Assembly (NCBI GenBank): GCA_903813345.2 | Contig: CAIIXF020000001.1 | Coordinates: forward strand, 9,982,001-10,046,000 | Direction of reading: 5' to 3' | Origin: Owenia fusiformis | Taxonomy: Eukaryota | DNA length: 64,000 nt | The notes under the pieces: generated by a model | Database searches by the model: none | What the model was told of the DNA's origin: nothing | What the model saw: only the letters and a program-made list of their open reading frames with translations | Shown: positions 1 through 13,520 of the stretch, piece by piece | Numbering within the stretch: the stretch's first letter is position 1 | Layout of the letters: every line of letters begins with the position of its first letter | Position numbers and translations under genes: made by a program

Positions 1-61
1 CATAACATAGCTATAACCCTTATATGGGTTAGGGCTTCAAAAATGTCAACTCATATTATAG

Positions 62-3000
62 GAATGGCAAATTGGAAACTGCTTACCAAAACTCAAAACA
101 AGACATTGATCGTCAAATGCAAGTTGTAAGCGACTTTGAGGCCGAGAATAATCTCCTTCGCAAGAATGGCAATGCGAAAGACGCCGAGAGCAAGAAAGAC
201 AAGGCTGAAATCAAACGTCTCCAGGAGAAACTGAAGGAAAGGGGAGATGTAAGTAAAATGATCCGGTTTGGCCATTCAAATTTGGTTATACCATTAACGC
301 TCACTCCCTTGGATATTGAACTTTTCAGACTGAAACAAACAGTTTTTCAATTGCCTCGATATGTTCTTCTTAAAACATTGAAATGTGAATATGCAATAAG
401 ATCACATTTTAATGGAAGGAATTCCAGGGAAAATTACACGTATTGAATTCAATGAGGATTTGCTCCCAGAGTGCAACATCGATATTCTGTCCGACATATG
501 AGCATGTCGTGATACACAATTCGAATTCAAACAGCCGCCATTTTGTTCACTTCAACATTTGAATCGTGAATTTTGGTCTTATTTCCCAACGAAAATTCCA
601 AAACTCACAAGGAATGATCGAGGTATTGGTTCGAATCTTTTGAACTGTTTATTTTGAATTTATAGTCGGTTATAATTTCAGAAAATAACGACATTTAGAC
701 GTTTAGTTTCGATCCTGGGAGCCAATCCTCCTTGTTTTGAATTCTAAAAGTCAAAAGTGTATGCGGTTTTATCTGTCACTCTCTTTATGTTTATGGTATT
801 TCTACCTTTTAATAATTAAAAATTCTGAAATTCAGTGAATGGATTTTTTAATTTGTTGTGTTTTCCACTCCCCAACCTATCAAATAACTGCAGATGGTCT
901 TGTCGACCAACTGTATACGTACGTCTTAACTTCCTTGCTTAACTTGCATTTTCATTTATATTTCGATGCACATTTCAGACCCTCAACCGTGAGAACCTCA
1001 ACCTGGTTAAGTCGGAGAATAAACGCCACACAGTCGAGGAGGAATTCGAGTACTTCAAACATCTTCATGAACAAGTAAGTTCCGTTGCAGTATAATGCAC
1101 GACCTCCAAATTGTTACAATTTCAGGCTACCCCTCGGTTAAATTATTGGACTATTTCATTGGTTTTGCAAAAAACTGAAAAGGGGAATTGATAGGTAGGT
1201 CATTTAGATCAGGGAGCTGACAAACGCCGTAACACTTCTGAACTATAAATGGTATTTTTAGAAAAATCAGTATACGAAACGTGGCACAAGTACCGAAAAA
1301 TCGAATACAAAAGATATAGTACATGGTAAATTATGTATAAGTATCCTTAATATCGATTGGTTTAATTTCTACGTGATGTGACATTTGCAATAAACATTAA
1401 AATGAAACTGGTATGGCCCAGGAACTTATACTAATATAATCTTGAAGGTGAAAACTGTTTACATATACAGGGTGGGCCAAAACACCCATGTTTTCGAATA
1501 AGGCATGCATTTCAATTTCTGCTACAATTCTTTTTAAAATGGCTTACGTATACTTTTAGTGATTTAAATGAAAATGTGAACAAATAATTTCCCTTTGCAT
1601 TCGTTCGACTTCACTTCTAAAAGAGAGCTTCGTCGGTAGTTTATAACTAGACTCTGCGCACAGAGTAACAAAAATTCTAAAAATAGGTTGTGGATGCATA
1701 TTTCAAGTTGTAAGATAATCATTGTAAAACTGTATCATCAAACAACTTATAAATCTGATTTGTAAGTTGATGATACTATTTTACAGTGATTTTAGTTAAT
1801 TAGAACCAGACGGTTGTACGAAGGGTGGCCCAAGATAACTTAGCTAATTTTTGATGAAATTACATGAAACTTACAAGTGATGAAGATCAACATCTTAAAT
1901 ACTTTAAAAAATTATTTTGGGTACTTTTCTAGATAATTTTTTTTAATATAGGGAGTTAGCCACCTGTAACTAAAACACGCGAACCGCGTTACAACTATTA
2001 ATATCCGAGTGACAGGGTTCCTTTATTAAGAGCTACCTAGAAAAATACATAAAATAGATTATGTCTTCATGAAATCAATACACAAAGTAGTTATGTTGTT
2101 GATCTTCATTATTTGAAATGTTGTAGTAATTTTATTAAAAACAAACAAAATTAGAGCAGGGCGTCCATGACTTTTGGATCACCCCTTGTATTGTAGACAA
2201 TCTATAAACAGACGTGTATGGTTGAGCCTCTCAATATTTTAATTTCAATTCATAATGTTACTGTAAAACACTTAGATTCCAATGATCATTTTAATTCATA
2301 GTACTATATATTCTTCACTATATTTATGACACTTTCTGCATGATCAGTTCTTTGCATAATTGATTCCTGTATCTCGTGCAAAAATATTTTCAACACGCAT
2401 GCCTTTTTAGAAAAGTTGCAAAGGTAAATGTCATTATTCCCGGCTTACATGTGTATTGCATTTTTTCAGCGACTCAACGACTTGGAAGATCTTCTGACAA
2501 GGGACCGCCAAAAGGAAGAGGATATATGGAGCAAGAAGATGGAGCAAGGCCTCAAGAAGATTCAGGAGTCCTACGATGAACAGATTGAAATCACCAAGAC
2601 GGCATATAGTTTAAAGGTAAGGTCAATTCAAGGCAAAATCAGAAAATACAACTTATACGAGGGTAGGCTGAACGCAACACATCGTGTGATACAACGATGA
2701 ATTCAATTTAATAATTTGAGATTTTACTTTTATTTGACCTTCAGTGACCTTCAAAAGGTCAAAAAGATGATTATTTACCGGTTATGTAGATTTAGGTCAA
2801 TTGGGTTACTAAAGACAAAATGAGGTCTGAAAAGAACTAACAAACTAACTAACTTAGTAACTGACATAAAACCGACGTAGGAACCAACCTTGTATCCAGC
2901 TAAGTAACTAACTTTGTAACCTGACCTTTGGTATGTGATTTGACCATTCATATACTTATTTCCTTTTTTTATTAATTAGGTATCATCATCACATATATGA

Positions 3001-6000
3001 ATATGCGAAGAATGACTTATTGTACAGGAACTTCCAGGTCATATTTTTTTAGTAATCAGAACGTACAAGGAAAAATCATGCACTATACACCCCTATGCAA
3101 ATGGTCATTGCAAATTATGAAAATACATCTACAGAGAACAGTACTTATTAGAAATGACCTTGAATTTCCTGTACAATAGGTCCTATTATTTGTTTATTTA
3201 AGAACACCCAGTTAGAAAATGACATCAACCAGTACAAACGACGCTACCAAGAGAGCGTTACTGAGTGGGAATCGCAAAACAATCAACCAAACCAGGAGAT
3301 TAAGCAATTAAGAGAGGAGATGAGAGCAATGAAGATTAAGTTTGACGAGACCAAGGATGTCAATCTCTCATTGAATGTTGAAATTGCGGCGTATAGAAAG
3401 CTCCTAGAGGGGGCCCACGACTCGTAAGTAGCTAAGTTAATGCAGCGAAAACCAATGGGGCAAAGCTAGGATGAAGAATTGGCTAGAGGCTCGAGTAAGG
3501 TTTGATGTAGGTTTTAAAAAAAGAATCAGAGGAATACATTAAGGATTTCATGTTTGATTTTGTGTGTATTCGATTTAGGAAGACATTTAACTTTCTAGTA
3601 ACGTTAAAAAAATTTCGAACAGTGCTCCATTCTTTTCGTAGTCAATCTACCCATATAAGTGGTCGGTTGGAAAATGTTTTTTTACACATTCCTTTGATCA
3701 TTTCATCCCCTGTCGTCTAAGAGTGTCTTAGAAGTATTAACGTTTTGGCTATAATTTAAAAGATCATAAGTGTACGTTGTCAATTCGAATGTACGTTGTC
3801 CCATTGAACTTACTCAATTCACAGTTAACCCTAATGCAGGCAACGTATTTTTCATAACAGTAACAGACAGGGGGTAAGATGTATTTACAATAAAGCAGAA
3901 CAATTACAGAATTACTTCAATTTGATTGAATTATTGAAACTATTGAGCACTTTCCAGTTATATTATAAACGGGATTTTAAAAAGTCATATTCAAGTATAG
4001 ATCTATCTATCAATGTAACTAACAAAACTTAAGGTATAGAGTCAAATAATCAAAGAGTTCGAGTACGAGTACATTCGAGTTGACAACGCACATTTCTAAT
4101 ATTTTTAAATTACAATAAATACTTGAATACCGTCCTAACTTGTGTAGTTTAGAAAACACATTCTCATAGAATTCGACACTCTTACACGCCAGGCGAGGAA
4201 ATGATCAAAGGAAATGTGTAAAAAACAACATTTTCAACCGACCAATTATCTTTATGGGTAGATTAACCACGAAAAAATCTAGCACTGTTTGAAAATCTTA
4301 TAACGTTATTGGATCTAGAAAGTTAAATGTCTTCCCAAATGAATACACACGAAATCAAACTTGAAATCCTTAATGTATTGCTCAGATAATATTTTTAAAA
4401 CCTACATCAAACCTACATCATTGTCTTTGCTTTGAATCGGTTGATAGTGACACCGTACATCTAAAGTGTACGACGGCGTGTTTTGTCACTGTACGTTGTC
4501 GATGGTTAGGCGTGAGTGCGTAGTTATGTACGAGCATTGATGCCATCTTTAAATCGATCTATAACTCGTGGATAATATTATTTGATACATATTCCTCTCT
4601 ATAGAGTTGGTTTAAAGCAGGCAATAGAGGCATTGCTTCGCCAGTACAGCAAGAAACAGGAAATCCAAGAGACTGGTAGGTTGCCATACGATATTTTTTA
4701 AATACACGATTTTTTAAAGCTAAAAAATAAAGATTGATCACTATCATATTTTTATGAATATTTAGTTTAGTTTTTATTTCAACCCACACCTGTGAGTATA
4801 AATATCTACAACATGTAAAACAAAGAAACAATATCTAAAAAGATAGTTTAGTCCAACTTGATTAATCATTTGGTTGTCAAACGAATAAACCAAGGTTTTA
4901 AAGAACGTTAGCATTGCATCAGTGACACACTTAAACCAATGTAACTATAAACTGATAAATACACAACAACTTTGAGAAATGATGACAAAGAGTAGGATAA
5001 ATGATTTTGAAAATATCTATGATTCCAGAACAGGATTTGATGGAACAAGAAAGAGGTAGGCTGTTATGCGAAATTTACTAAATATACTAATTTTCATAAC
5101 TCAAAAAATTAAGGTAGATCAATATCATATTTTTATGAATGTTTGGACAATTTTGAGAAATAATGACATAGAATAGGTTAAATGTTTTTGGAAATATTTA
5201 TGTGAAATAAAAGTTTGATATAAAAATGTCCTTGAGTCTTTTTACAGTGTTGAAACCAACAAAAGCAATTATAGACTAATCAGTGTTTCATAGTATATGT
5301 TTGTACGAGACAGATCGCATTAGCAAGGGAGAGATGTGGGCTAAATTTAGATATCAGAAGAAAGCCAATGGTCCAATCGGAATCTGTGAGTGTTCGGAAG
5401 ATGCCACCTATATTGTCTTAGAAAATACACAGAGCAAGGTAACATAAAATGAATACGACTTTGCGTTATATCACATATCAAAAAATAGTCAAAAAACCAA
5501 AGTTATCAAAAGGCCCAAATGTGAACCCCCTGGATATTTTTTGAAAAGCGAACTCCCCTTAGCAAAAGCTGGCAACGGGCCTGATCAATATAGTAGATTC
5601 ACACCGGAATAGCATGACAACGGTAAAGTCAGATACCGTTGTCACAAATGGCGGACATAACCGTCGCTTCAATTAGATTTTCATGATCTGTATGTTTAAA
5701 AGAGTACCTAGACTAAATTCCTTTGGAACAACAATCAAATGTTCTAACATCGTCCGAAATAAACTCTTTAATTTAACCTATCAAAATGAGATATATACGG
5801 GACAGCGGACACTGTAAGCCGTTGTCTTCGTCGATTATTTCAAATTCAGATTTCCTTGTCATTGACGATATCGAAGACGCTATGTTGTAGCGATTCACGA
5901 CCCAATTTGATCGAAATTGGGATTTCATATGACACATCGAGATCATCACAAGAGCTTAATACATGCACAGAATTAGCGACGATAAAATCCCATGAAATGA

Positions 6001-7386
6001 GGACCAAGTGATTAAAGAGTTGAAGCGACGGTTATGTCAGCCATTTGTATCGGACTTTACCGTTGTCAGGCTATTCCGATGTGAGATTATTGAAAAAGTT
6101 ATTCTTTGATTGAAGGACGAAGACCTCACTGGTTGGAGTATAAAACGTTTGCTTGAGAACACTAACGAAAAAGTCGAATATACATTTCCAAAGGGAGCAA
6201 AGGTCAAAGGAAATAGCAAAATCAAGGTACGTTGGTATGTGTAGCTCCTCAGTGGCAGTAACCATCCATCAATCAAATGACTTCATTTCCTACTCAATTC
6301 AGGATATGGAAAGAAGTGAAATACCCTTGGACCAAGGATGTCAGTAACCGGAATTGTGCAACATTCCCAAATGTTAATCGTATTAATAGCTGGAGAGGTG
6401 GAATGAAGCTATACTGAGCGGAACATTTAGAGCGAGTTTCAGCAGGGTTGACGTTCAAACCTGAACCGATCATAACAGAATCACCCCTATCATATTCTCA
6501 AAGATGTCATGTTATCTTTAACCAATTACTTCATTTCTCTCACAATTTGCCTTTCTATGACTCTTTAGTTTCACTATTCAATTTCCACCACCATATTCAA
6601 CACCAGAATTTTGTATTAAAGCCATTGTACAGGGGGAGATTTGAACGCTTGAATGACGAAAGAAATCTGCCTAGAGTCATCCGCCATACCACCCAACTAT
6701 TCAACCATCATTTTTTTAGGTGTGGGCAAGTGACCACAAGCCGTCTGATCAATCTGACGACTACGAAATGCCGCATGAGCAGAGTTGGAGACAAGGGCTC
6801 AGTGTGTCCACATCCTTGGAAAATCCAAATAAAGAGGTAAACATGGATTTTGTGAAAAATGACAATTTTGAAATAGTAATAGCGATAAGCCTATCAATGT
6901 TTAAATTGAACCTTAATTTTGTCCTGATACAAAAGTTCATAAAGGAGCGCGAGTTATATGTAGAATGAATTTTGGCAGTTTTTTCATGCGTTTTGCTTCT
7001 CTTTTTCTTATAAAAATTATCAAAACTCGCAAGATTACACCCTTTAATTCAAAAATATATGTCTCGTTTTCAAGGATTATCCACGGATTAACACCCAGAG
7101 GGCAGAGAATCATTGTGCCAGGAACTTTTGAATAAAAAGAAAGCTGTTTTGAATAGGTTTTACTTCTGGCAAAATGCATGAAAACCCCTATTCATTTTTG
7201 TCACACCCTGTACATATAACTCGCACTCCTTTATGAACTGATTAGTCTTGGGGCATTCTGGGTAAATGTTAAGGCGGAAAGTTATCTGTTCTACCCAAGA
7301 ATGCGATACTGTTCACTCTATGTCTTGCTTTTACTTTTTAGGAGAAGGCGACCCATGTGAAACGGTCAGTGTACAATACAACATAA
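62..7386 (+). CDS. Cytoplasmic intermediate filament protein with lamin-tail domain (protostome type), 5'-partial; exons 62-248, 979-1074, 2470-2616, 3203-3423, 5294-5438, 6116-6226, 6720-6836, 7342-7386
   Basis: GT-AG exons join in frame. The rod-end consensus LSLNVEIAAYRKLLEG is in exon 3203-3423. LTD motifs KGEMWAKFRYQKKANGPIGICECSEDATYIVLENT, LTGWSIKR, YTFPKG and VWA follow. The protein ends EKATHVKRSVYNTT* with no CaaX box or evident NLS, so it is cytoplasmic rather than a lamin. Confidence 0.9.
1467..2190. mobile_element. Degenerate Tc1/mariner-like non-autonomous element(s)
   Basis: TA-CAGGGTGGGCCAAAA at ~1467 and TTTTGGATCACCCCTTG-TA at ~2172-2190; a second TIR-like start (TACGAAGGGTGGCCCAA) lies at ~1817. 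Confidence 0.45.
3499..4414. repeat. Long inverted repeat (arms ~3499-3728 and ~4175-4414), probably an old foldback element in an IF intron
   Basis: GGTTTGATGTAGGTTTTAAAAA...GAAGACATTTAACTTTCTAG...CACATTCCTTTGATCATTTC is mirrored by GAAATGATCAAAGGAAATGTG...CTAGAAAGTTAAATGTCTTC...TTTTTAAAACCTACATCAAACC. Confidence 0.75.
6935..7239. mobile_element. MITE-like element with ~29-bp terminal inverted repeats
   Basis: AGTTCATAAAGGAGCGCGAGTTATATGTA ... TACATATAACTCGCACTCCTTTATGAACT. Confidence 0.6.
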
Positions 7387-9679
7387 GCATACACAGACGT
7401 AATCATAAACATTCTTGGCTGGACTGTGTCGCAGAAATTATGGTCCTATTAGGAATTACTGTCCCCATCTATACATTGACTTTATTCTGTGTATCTTCTT
7501 TATTTTTATTATATTTTCCTACTAATCAGTGGTAGAAACGTTGAATTTTCTGTTTAGCAAAGTTTGCTTTGTTCAAATGATCAAGTGACCAGGTTTTATT
7601 TTTTGTTTGTCCTAAAATGGCAAAAGACAGATGAAATGAAGGACTTGAAGAGACAAGAAAAATGATTTTGGGGTGACGAGAAATAAGGCCATCGCTGAAC
7701 AGATATATAATTAATTTGCAATTTTGTTTAAGTCAATGCAAGCTGATATTGTACCTGAATATTATTCCACAACAAAATATATTTTGTTTTGATTTTGACA
7801 AATTCATTGTCAATGAACGTGTGATGGGAATCGTTGAGGATTTGTGTCTTCATCGAAATTCAATACTGATTTGGATTCATTAGCCCGAAACTAGTGACAG
7901 ATTAGAGTTTTAATAAACACTTTGGGATCGCTTAGTCTGTTAGTATTCCTGATTTATCTGAAAAGTTGAGTAACCCCCATGGTCAAGAGAATAGCTCTAA
8001 GTAAAGTGCTTTTTACATAATATAAGGGGGCAAAAGTTTAGTTCAAAAAATTTTAACTGGGGAAATTATTTTTTGAAATTATTTTTTTCCATAAAGTGAA
8101 TTTTGAAGAAGTAAAATTATTTCAACCTTTAACCTAAAATACCCTTGCGGCAAAATAATATAATTGTCAGTTTCTACCTTACTGAAGAAAAATAAAATAG
8201 TTTGAACCGTTCGAAATCGTTATTTTTAAAACTCTTTAAAATCTATTTTTTAAATAAATCTGTAATTTACTGAATTGAAATGACGAAATAGGTACTTACA
8301 AATTTTGTAAGTAGTGGACAGTGAACCTCTTAAAGTTGACACCACTACCTTTCTAATCGTAGATTGAATTGTGTTCAATATGTCACCTTAAAGTTTCATA
8401 AAATTTTCCTTTTTCTATGTTAACATTTGAATTTTGAGTTCGAATCAATTCATCTTCGACAAAAGCATTAGTGCGTGTCATCATATAACTATTATCGAGT
8501 TTCACTGCGCCCATTTCTTTAAAATATTTATAGTTCGGGTACACTCATTATTTTTAGACAGGTGTGAGATATTTTAATAGCAATAATGGGGAATTTGACA
8601 TGCACTTTATCATGTCAAATAGTAACTGGATAATCTCGAACTTTCATTTTTCTGATATACAGGGAATCTCTCGAGAAGATGAGCCTTGATCTCTAACTCA
8701 TAAATATTGAAAAATTATCGTTGACTTTGGTATGTTTTATAATACATAGTTGCTAAGACACGGGAATAATCGTGTGAGTAGAAAGTACCAATCAGTTAAT
8801 ACATGTGATAATATTCGTATGTATGCCCCTCTATACAATAGCACTGTATTTTTGTATGCCCGCGGTGCTAGTGAATTGCGTAATGTTTTAATGATGTTTC
8901 CCCCCAGGTATCACTAAAAAGAACAATATGCCCTGTAAACATTTTATCAAGAGTAAATCATGTGGCGGCTGGAAATGACCGTCACTTTTAACACGTAATG
9001 GTCACATCATGATCAGAGCCCTGGTTATAGCCATAACTTACGAATATTTGCATTGATTTGCATTAAAATGTCCAAATATGTTAACATATGTGATACCATT
9101 GAGGTTTCAAAGTCTGGAAAATCAAAATGACCAACATGTACATATTTGTTGCAGAAAAACAATTTTGAAGCAGGTTCAGAAATTATTGCTTTGTTATGTG
9201 TTAAAATGTACAGGTATGCTCTCATATGTAATTCCATTGAGGTTTTGGAGTCAATATGGCTGTCATTTAGACTGAAATCAAAACACCATTTGAGCCCAGT
9301 ACTCATGGTACTATTTTTAGACTCCAAATGAAGCTGTCAAAATGGAGTGATCAGTACACAAAGAACTTTTAAATCTGGTCAGCACTTGCATTTGTATTGT
9401 TTATTCCACTCTTAATATGGTATTTATATATTAATAAAATATGTTTTGTTGACTTAATAGCACCCGTTTTTGTAAGTGATTGAATTCATTGAACTTAAAT
9501 GTGTTATAACAAGGACTAAACGAGCCCTCAAAGAAATGTTATTTGTTCAAGGAATTTTATGTAAGGATTAGTCTCTCAAGTTTCAATATACAGAAAAACA
9601 CACTTTATAGCCTTGAAGAGTTTTAAACGGAAATTGAAATATGACATTTGAATTTGAAGTCCCTGGGTGGCATAAGAAA

Positions 9680-10195
9680 ATGAAGAATAAGATATGTCTG
9701 CATGTGTTCTTTGTGGTATCGACAGTGGGGCTTATATCAACTGCACCTACTGATAAACCTGCATATGTATCTTCAATTGTGGACAAAGATAACTTTACAG
9801 CATTAGTAAATGATGTCATTTACTCCAATGAGCAAAACACAAATGCAACAGTGTCAAATGATGCACTTTTGGAAACTGTCCTGAATATTACCTTGCAATG
9901 GATGCATGATCATAAGCACTTGAAAGATCAAGATCAGTTCTCATTGGGAAACTTATCAAAAGAAGACGTAACTAAACTGAAGGATTTCATCCAGGAGTTT
10001 TATGTCAACATTACAAGTTCTGAAGACTCACAAAGTCTTGGAAATGGGATGAGTGGGATTACATTCATGGTGATCTTCCTTGGCTGGTACACAATTATCA
10101 TCTTTGGATGTATGTTATGTTGCTCAGACTCGGACAAGCATTGTAAGAAGTACTGCAATATTGATACTAGTTATGGGGATGTTGTTTCTTTCTGA
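9680..10195 (+). CDS. Uncharacterised single-exon type I membrane glycoprotein (~171 aa; an upstream in-frame ATG lies at 9641)
   Basis: Signal-peptide-like MKNKICLHVFFVVSTVGLISTA; five N-x-S/T sequons (NFT, NAT, NIT, NLS, NIT); one TM helix GITFMVIFLGWYTIIIFGCMLCC; short tail ending YGDVVSF. Confidence 0.6.
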   Translation: MKNKICLHVFFVVSTVGLISTAPTDKPAYVSSIVDKDNFTALVNDVIYSNEQNTNATVSNDALLETVLNITLQWMHDHKHLKDQDQFSLGNLSKEDVTKLKDFIQEFYVNITSSEDSQSLGNGMSGITFMVIFLGWYTIIIFGCMLCCSDSDKHCKKYCNIDTSYGDVVSF

Positions 10196-10354
10196 GGACT
10201 TACAAGATGTCTCCCAGTACAAATATGCTTGTAATATGTTCATATTCATGCACCTTTGGACGTCTACTATGCGATGCATTTGGCCCCTGTTGTTTCTTAC
10301 ATCAATGCTGAGTTTGGAAATACTTAAGACAAGATGAAAAAGATGAAGCATTGA

Positions 10355-11040
10355 TGTGACAAAGTAGATACAAAGAATTGTTGATATATGACATTCTGAT
10401 ACTAGTCCAGTAAATATGGCATTCCAGAAAGACGAGACATACAAATTGTTGTATTGATATGACAAAGTACATATGAAGAAATGTTGATATATGACATTCT
10501 GATACTAGTCCAGAAAAGATGGCATTCCAGAATGACTCAAGACAAGATAAAAAAGTGTTGTATTGATATGACAAAGTACATATGAAGAAATACTGATATA
10601 TGACATTCTGATACTAGTCCAGAAAAGATGGCATTCCAGAATGACTAAAGACAAGACAAGAAATTGTTGTATTGATATGACAAAGTACATATGAAGATTG
10701 ATATATGACATTCTGATACTAGTTCATAAAAGATGGCATTCCAGAAATACTAAAGACAAGACAAAAAATTGTTGTATTGATATGACAAAGTACATATGAA
10801 GAAATATTGATATATGACATTCTGATACTAGTCCAGAAAAGATGGCATTCCAGAAATACTAAAGACAAGACAAAAAATTGTTGTATTGATATGACAAAGT
10901 ACATATGAAGAAATATTGATATATGACATTCTGATACTAGTCCAGAAAAGATGGCATTCCAGAAATACTAAAGACAAGACAAACAATTGTTGTATTGATA
11001 TGACAAAGTATATATGAAGATTGATATATGACATTCTGGA
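10355..11040. repeat. Tandem repeat, ~109-bp unit, ~6.5 copies
   Basis: GACAAAGTACATATGAAG...GATACTAGTCCAGAAAAGATGGCATTCCAG recurs at ~10358, 10461, 10570, 10679, 10784, 10893 and 11002. Confidence 0.9.
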
Positions 11041-11308
11041 ACAATGCAGACATGAAGAAATGTTGACATTCTCATAGTAGTTCAGAGACAGTAGCAGCAG
11101 AGGGAGTTTGGGGAAAATACACTGTAATCTGTTGTTTGTGGGGTTATTCTCCATGCAGGGTTAAGATCGGTAAATCTATATGTATATTAATGTGATCTGC
11201 ATGAGAACAAAGGCATTAACATCCAAAATGTCACCGACTGTCCTTTGTTAGACATCAACCACAAAACACCATCCAGAAAACAATATGTCACCACTTGTGG
11301 CAGTGACA

Positions 11309-13520
11309 AACAAGGCATTAACATGACAAAATGTCACCACCTAGTTGCTCACAATATTATGAGTTCAAACTTTAGTCAGATTTGAATTTCTGAGAACTTG
11401 TAAAGTCAAATTAGAACTTCTGAAAAGATGTAGATGATTTTGAAAAAAAAATTTGGTCAATTTGAAGCAAGTTGAAAACAGATCTTTTTGACCTTTTTGA
11501 CCTTGAGAAGGTCATTAAAGGTCAAATGTCAAATCTAAAGTCAGATTTGAATTTCTGAGAACATGTAGATGATTTTGAAAAAAAAAATTAGTCAATTTGA
11601 AGCAAGTTGAAAAAAGACCTTTTTGACCTTTTTTGACCTTGAGAAGGTCATTGAAGGTCAAATGTCAAATCTAAAGTCATATTTGAATTTCTGAGAACAT
11701 GTAGATGATTTTGAAAAAAAAATTTAGTCAATTTGAAGCAAGATGAAAAAATACCTTTTTGACCTTTTTTGACATTGAGAAGGTCATTGAAGGTCAAATG
11801 TCAAATCTAAAGTCAGATTTGAATTTCTGAGAACATGTAGATGATTTTGAAAAAAAAATTTAGTCAATTTGAAGCAAGTTGAAAAAAGACCTTTTTGACC
11901 TTTTTTGACTTTGAGAAGGTCATTGAAGGTCAATTGTCAAATCTTAAGTCAAATCTAAAGTCAGATTTGAATTTCTGAGAACACGTAGATGATTTTGAAA
12001 ATTTTTTTTAGTCAATTTGAAGCAAGTTGAAAACAGACCTTTTTGACCTTTTTTGACCTTGAGAAGGTCATTAAAGGTCAGATGTCAAATCTAAAGTCAG
12101 ATTTGAATTTCTGAGAACACGTAGATGATTTTGAAAAAAAAAATTAGTCAATTTGAAGCAAGTTGAAAAAAGACCTTTTTGACCTTTTTTGACTTTGAGA
12201 AGGTCATTAAAGGTCAAATGTCAAATCTAAAGTCAGATTTGAATTTCTGAGAACATGTAGATGATTTTGAAAAAAAAAATTAGTCAATTTGAAGCAAGTT
12301 GAAAAAAGACCTTTTTGACCTTTTTTGACTTTGAGAAGGTCATTGAAGGTCAAAAGTCAAATCTAAAGTCAGATTTGAATTTCTGAGAACACGTAGATGA
12401 TTTTGAAATTTTTTTTAGTCAATTTGAAGCAAGTTGAAAACAGACCTTTTTGACCTTTTTTGACCTTGAGAAGGTCATTAAAGGTCAAATGTCAAATCTA
12501 AAGTCAGATTTGAATTTCTGAGAACACGTAGATGATTTTGAAAAAAAAATTTAGTCAATTTGAAGCAAGTTGAAAACAGACCTTTTTGACCTTTTTTGAC
12601 CTTGAGAAGGTCATTGAAGGTCAAATGTCAAATCTAAAGTCAGATTTGAATTTCTGAGAACATGTAGATGATTTTGAAAAAAAAATTTAGTCAATTTGAA
12701 GCAAGTTGAAAAAAGACCTTTTTGACCTTTTTTGACTTTGAGAAGGTCATTGAAGGTCAAATGTCAAATCTTAAGTCAAATCTAAAGTCAGATTTGAATT
12801 TCTGAGAACACGTAGATGATTTTGAAAAAATTTTTAAGTCAATTTGAAGCAAGTTGAAAACAGACCTTTTTGACCTTTTTTGACCTTGAGAAGGTCATTG
12901 AAGGTCAAATGTCAAATCTTAAGTCAGATTTGAATTTCTGAGAACACGTAGATGATTTTGAAAAAAAAATTTAGTCAATTTGAAGCAAGTTGAAAACAGA
13001 CCTTTTTGACCTTTTTTGACCTTGAGAAGGTCATTGAAGGTCAAATGTCAAATCTAAAGTCAGATTTGAAGGTCAAATGTCAAATCTAAAGTCAGATTTG
13101 AATTTCTGAGAACATGTAGATGATTTTGAAAAAAAATTTAGTCAATGTGAAGCAAGTTGAAAAAAGACCTTTTTGACCTTGAGAAGGTCATTGAAGGTCA
13201 AATGTCAAATCTAAAGTCAGATTTGAACTTCTGAGAACATGTAGATGATTTAGAAAAAAATTGAAGTCAGTCTAAACAGTATTTGTTAAGTTATAGGAAG
13301 TTGTAAGAAATTGTTACAGACGCCAACCGCCGGACGCCAACCACCAACCACCAACCGCCGGACGCCGTCGCAAAAAAACGGAGACCATAACAATATGTCA
13401 CCACTTTTGGTGGTGACATAAAAAAACGGAGACCATAACAATATGTCACCACTTTTGGTGGTGACATAAAAAAACGGAGACCATAACAATATGTCACCAC
13501 TTTTGGTGGTGACATAAAAA
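11309..13520 (+). mobile_element. Helentron/DINE-1-like non-autonomous element carrying a ~135-bp satellite array (~14 copies)
   Basis: 5' end AACAAGGCATTAACATGACAAAATGTCACC; array ~11380-13270; CCAACC-type microsatellite; 3' hairpin ATGTCACCAC-TTTTG-GTGGTGACAT triplicated as a 48-bp unit (13375-13520). A short related copy lies just upstream at ~11207-11308. Confidence 0.75.

Noticed and set aside
62-7386. Nuclear lamin
   Set aside because: No CaaX box and no basic NLS between rod and LTD; exon pattern and tail fit a cytoplasmic IF.
10080-11154. Several overlapping ORFs with repeated peptides
   Set aside because: They are translations of the 109-bp tandem repeat.
13375-13520. CRISPR-like palindromic direct repeats
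   Set aside because: The 48-bp units are identical with no unique spacers, the context is eukaryotic with no cas genes, and they are the triplicated 3' hairpin of a Helentron-like element.
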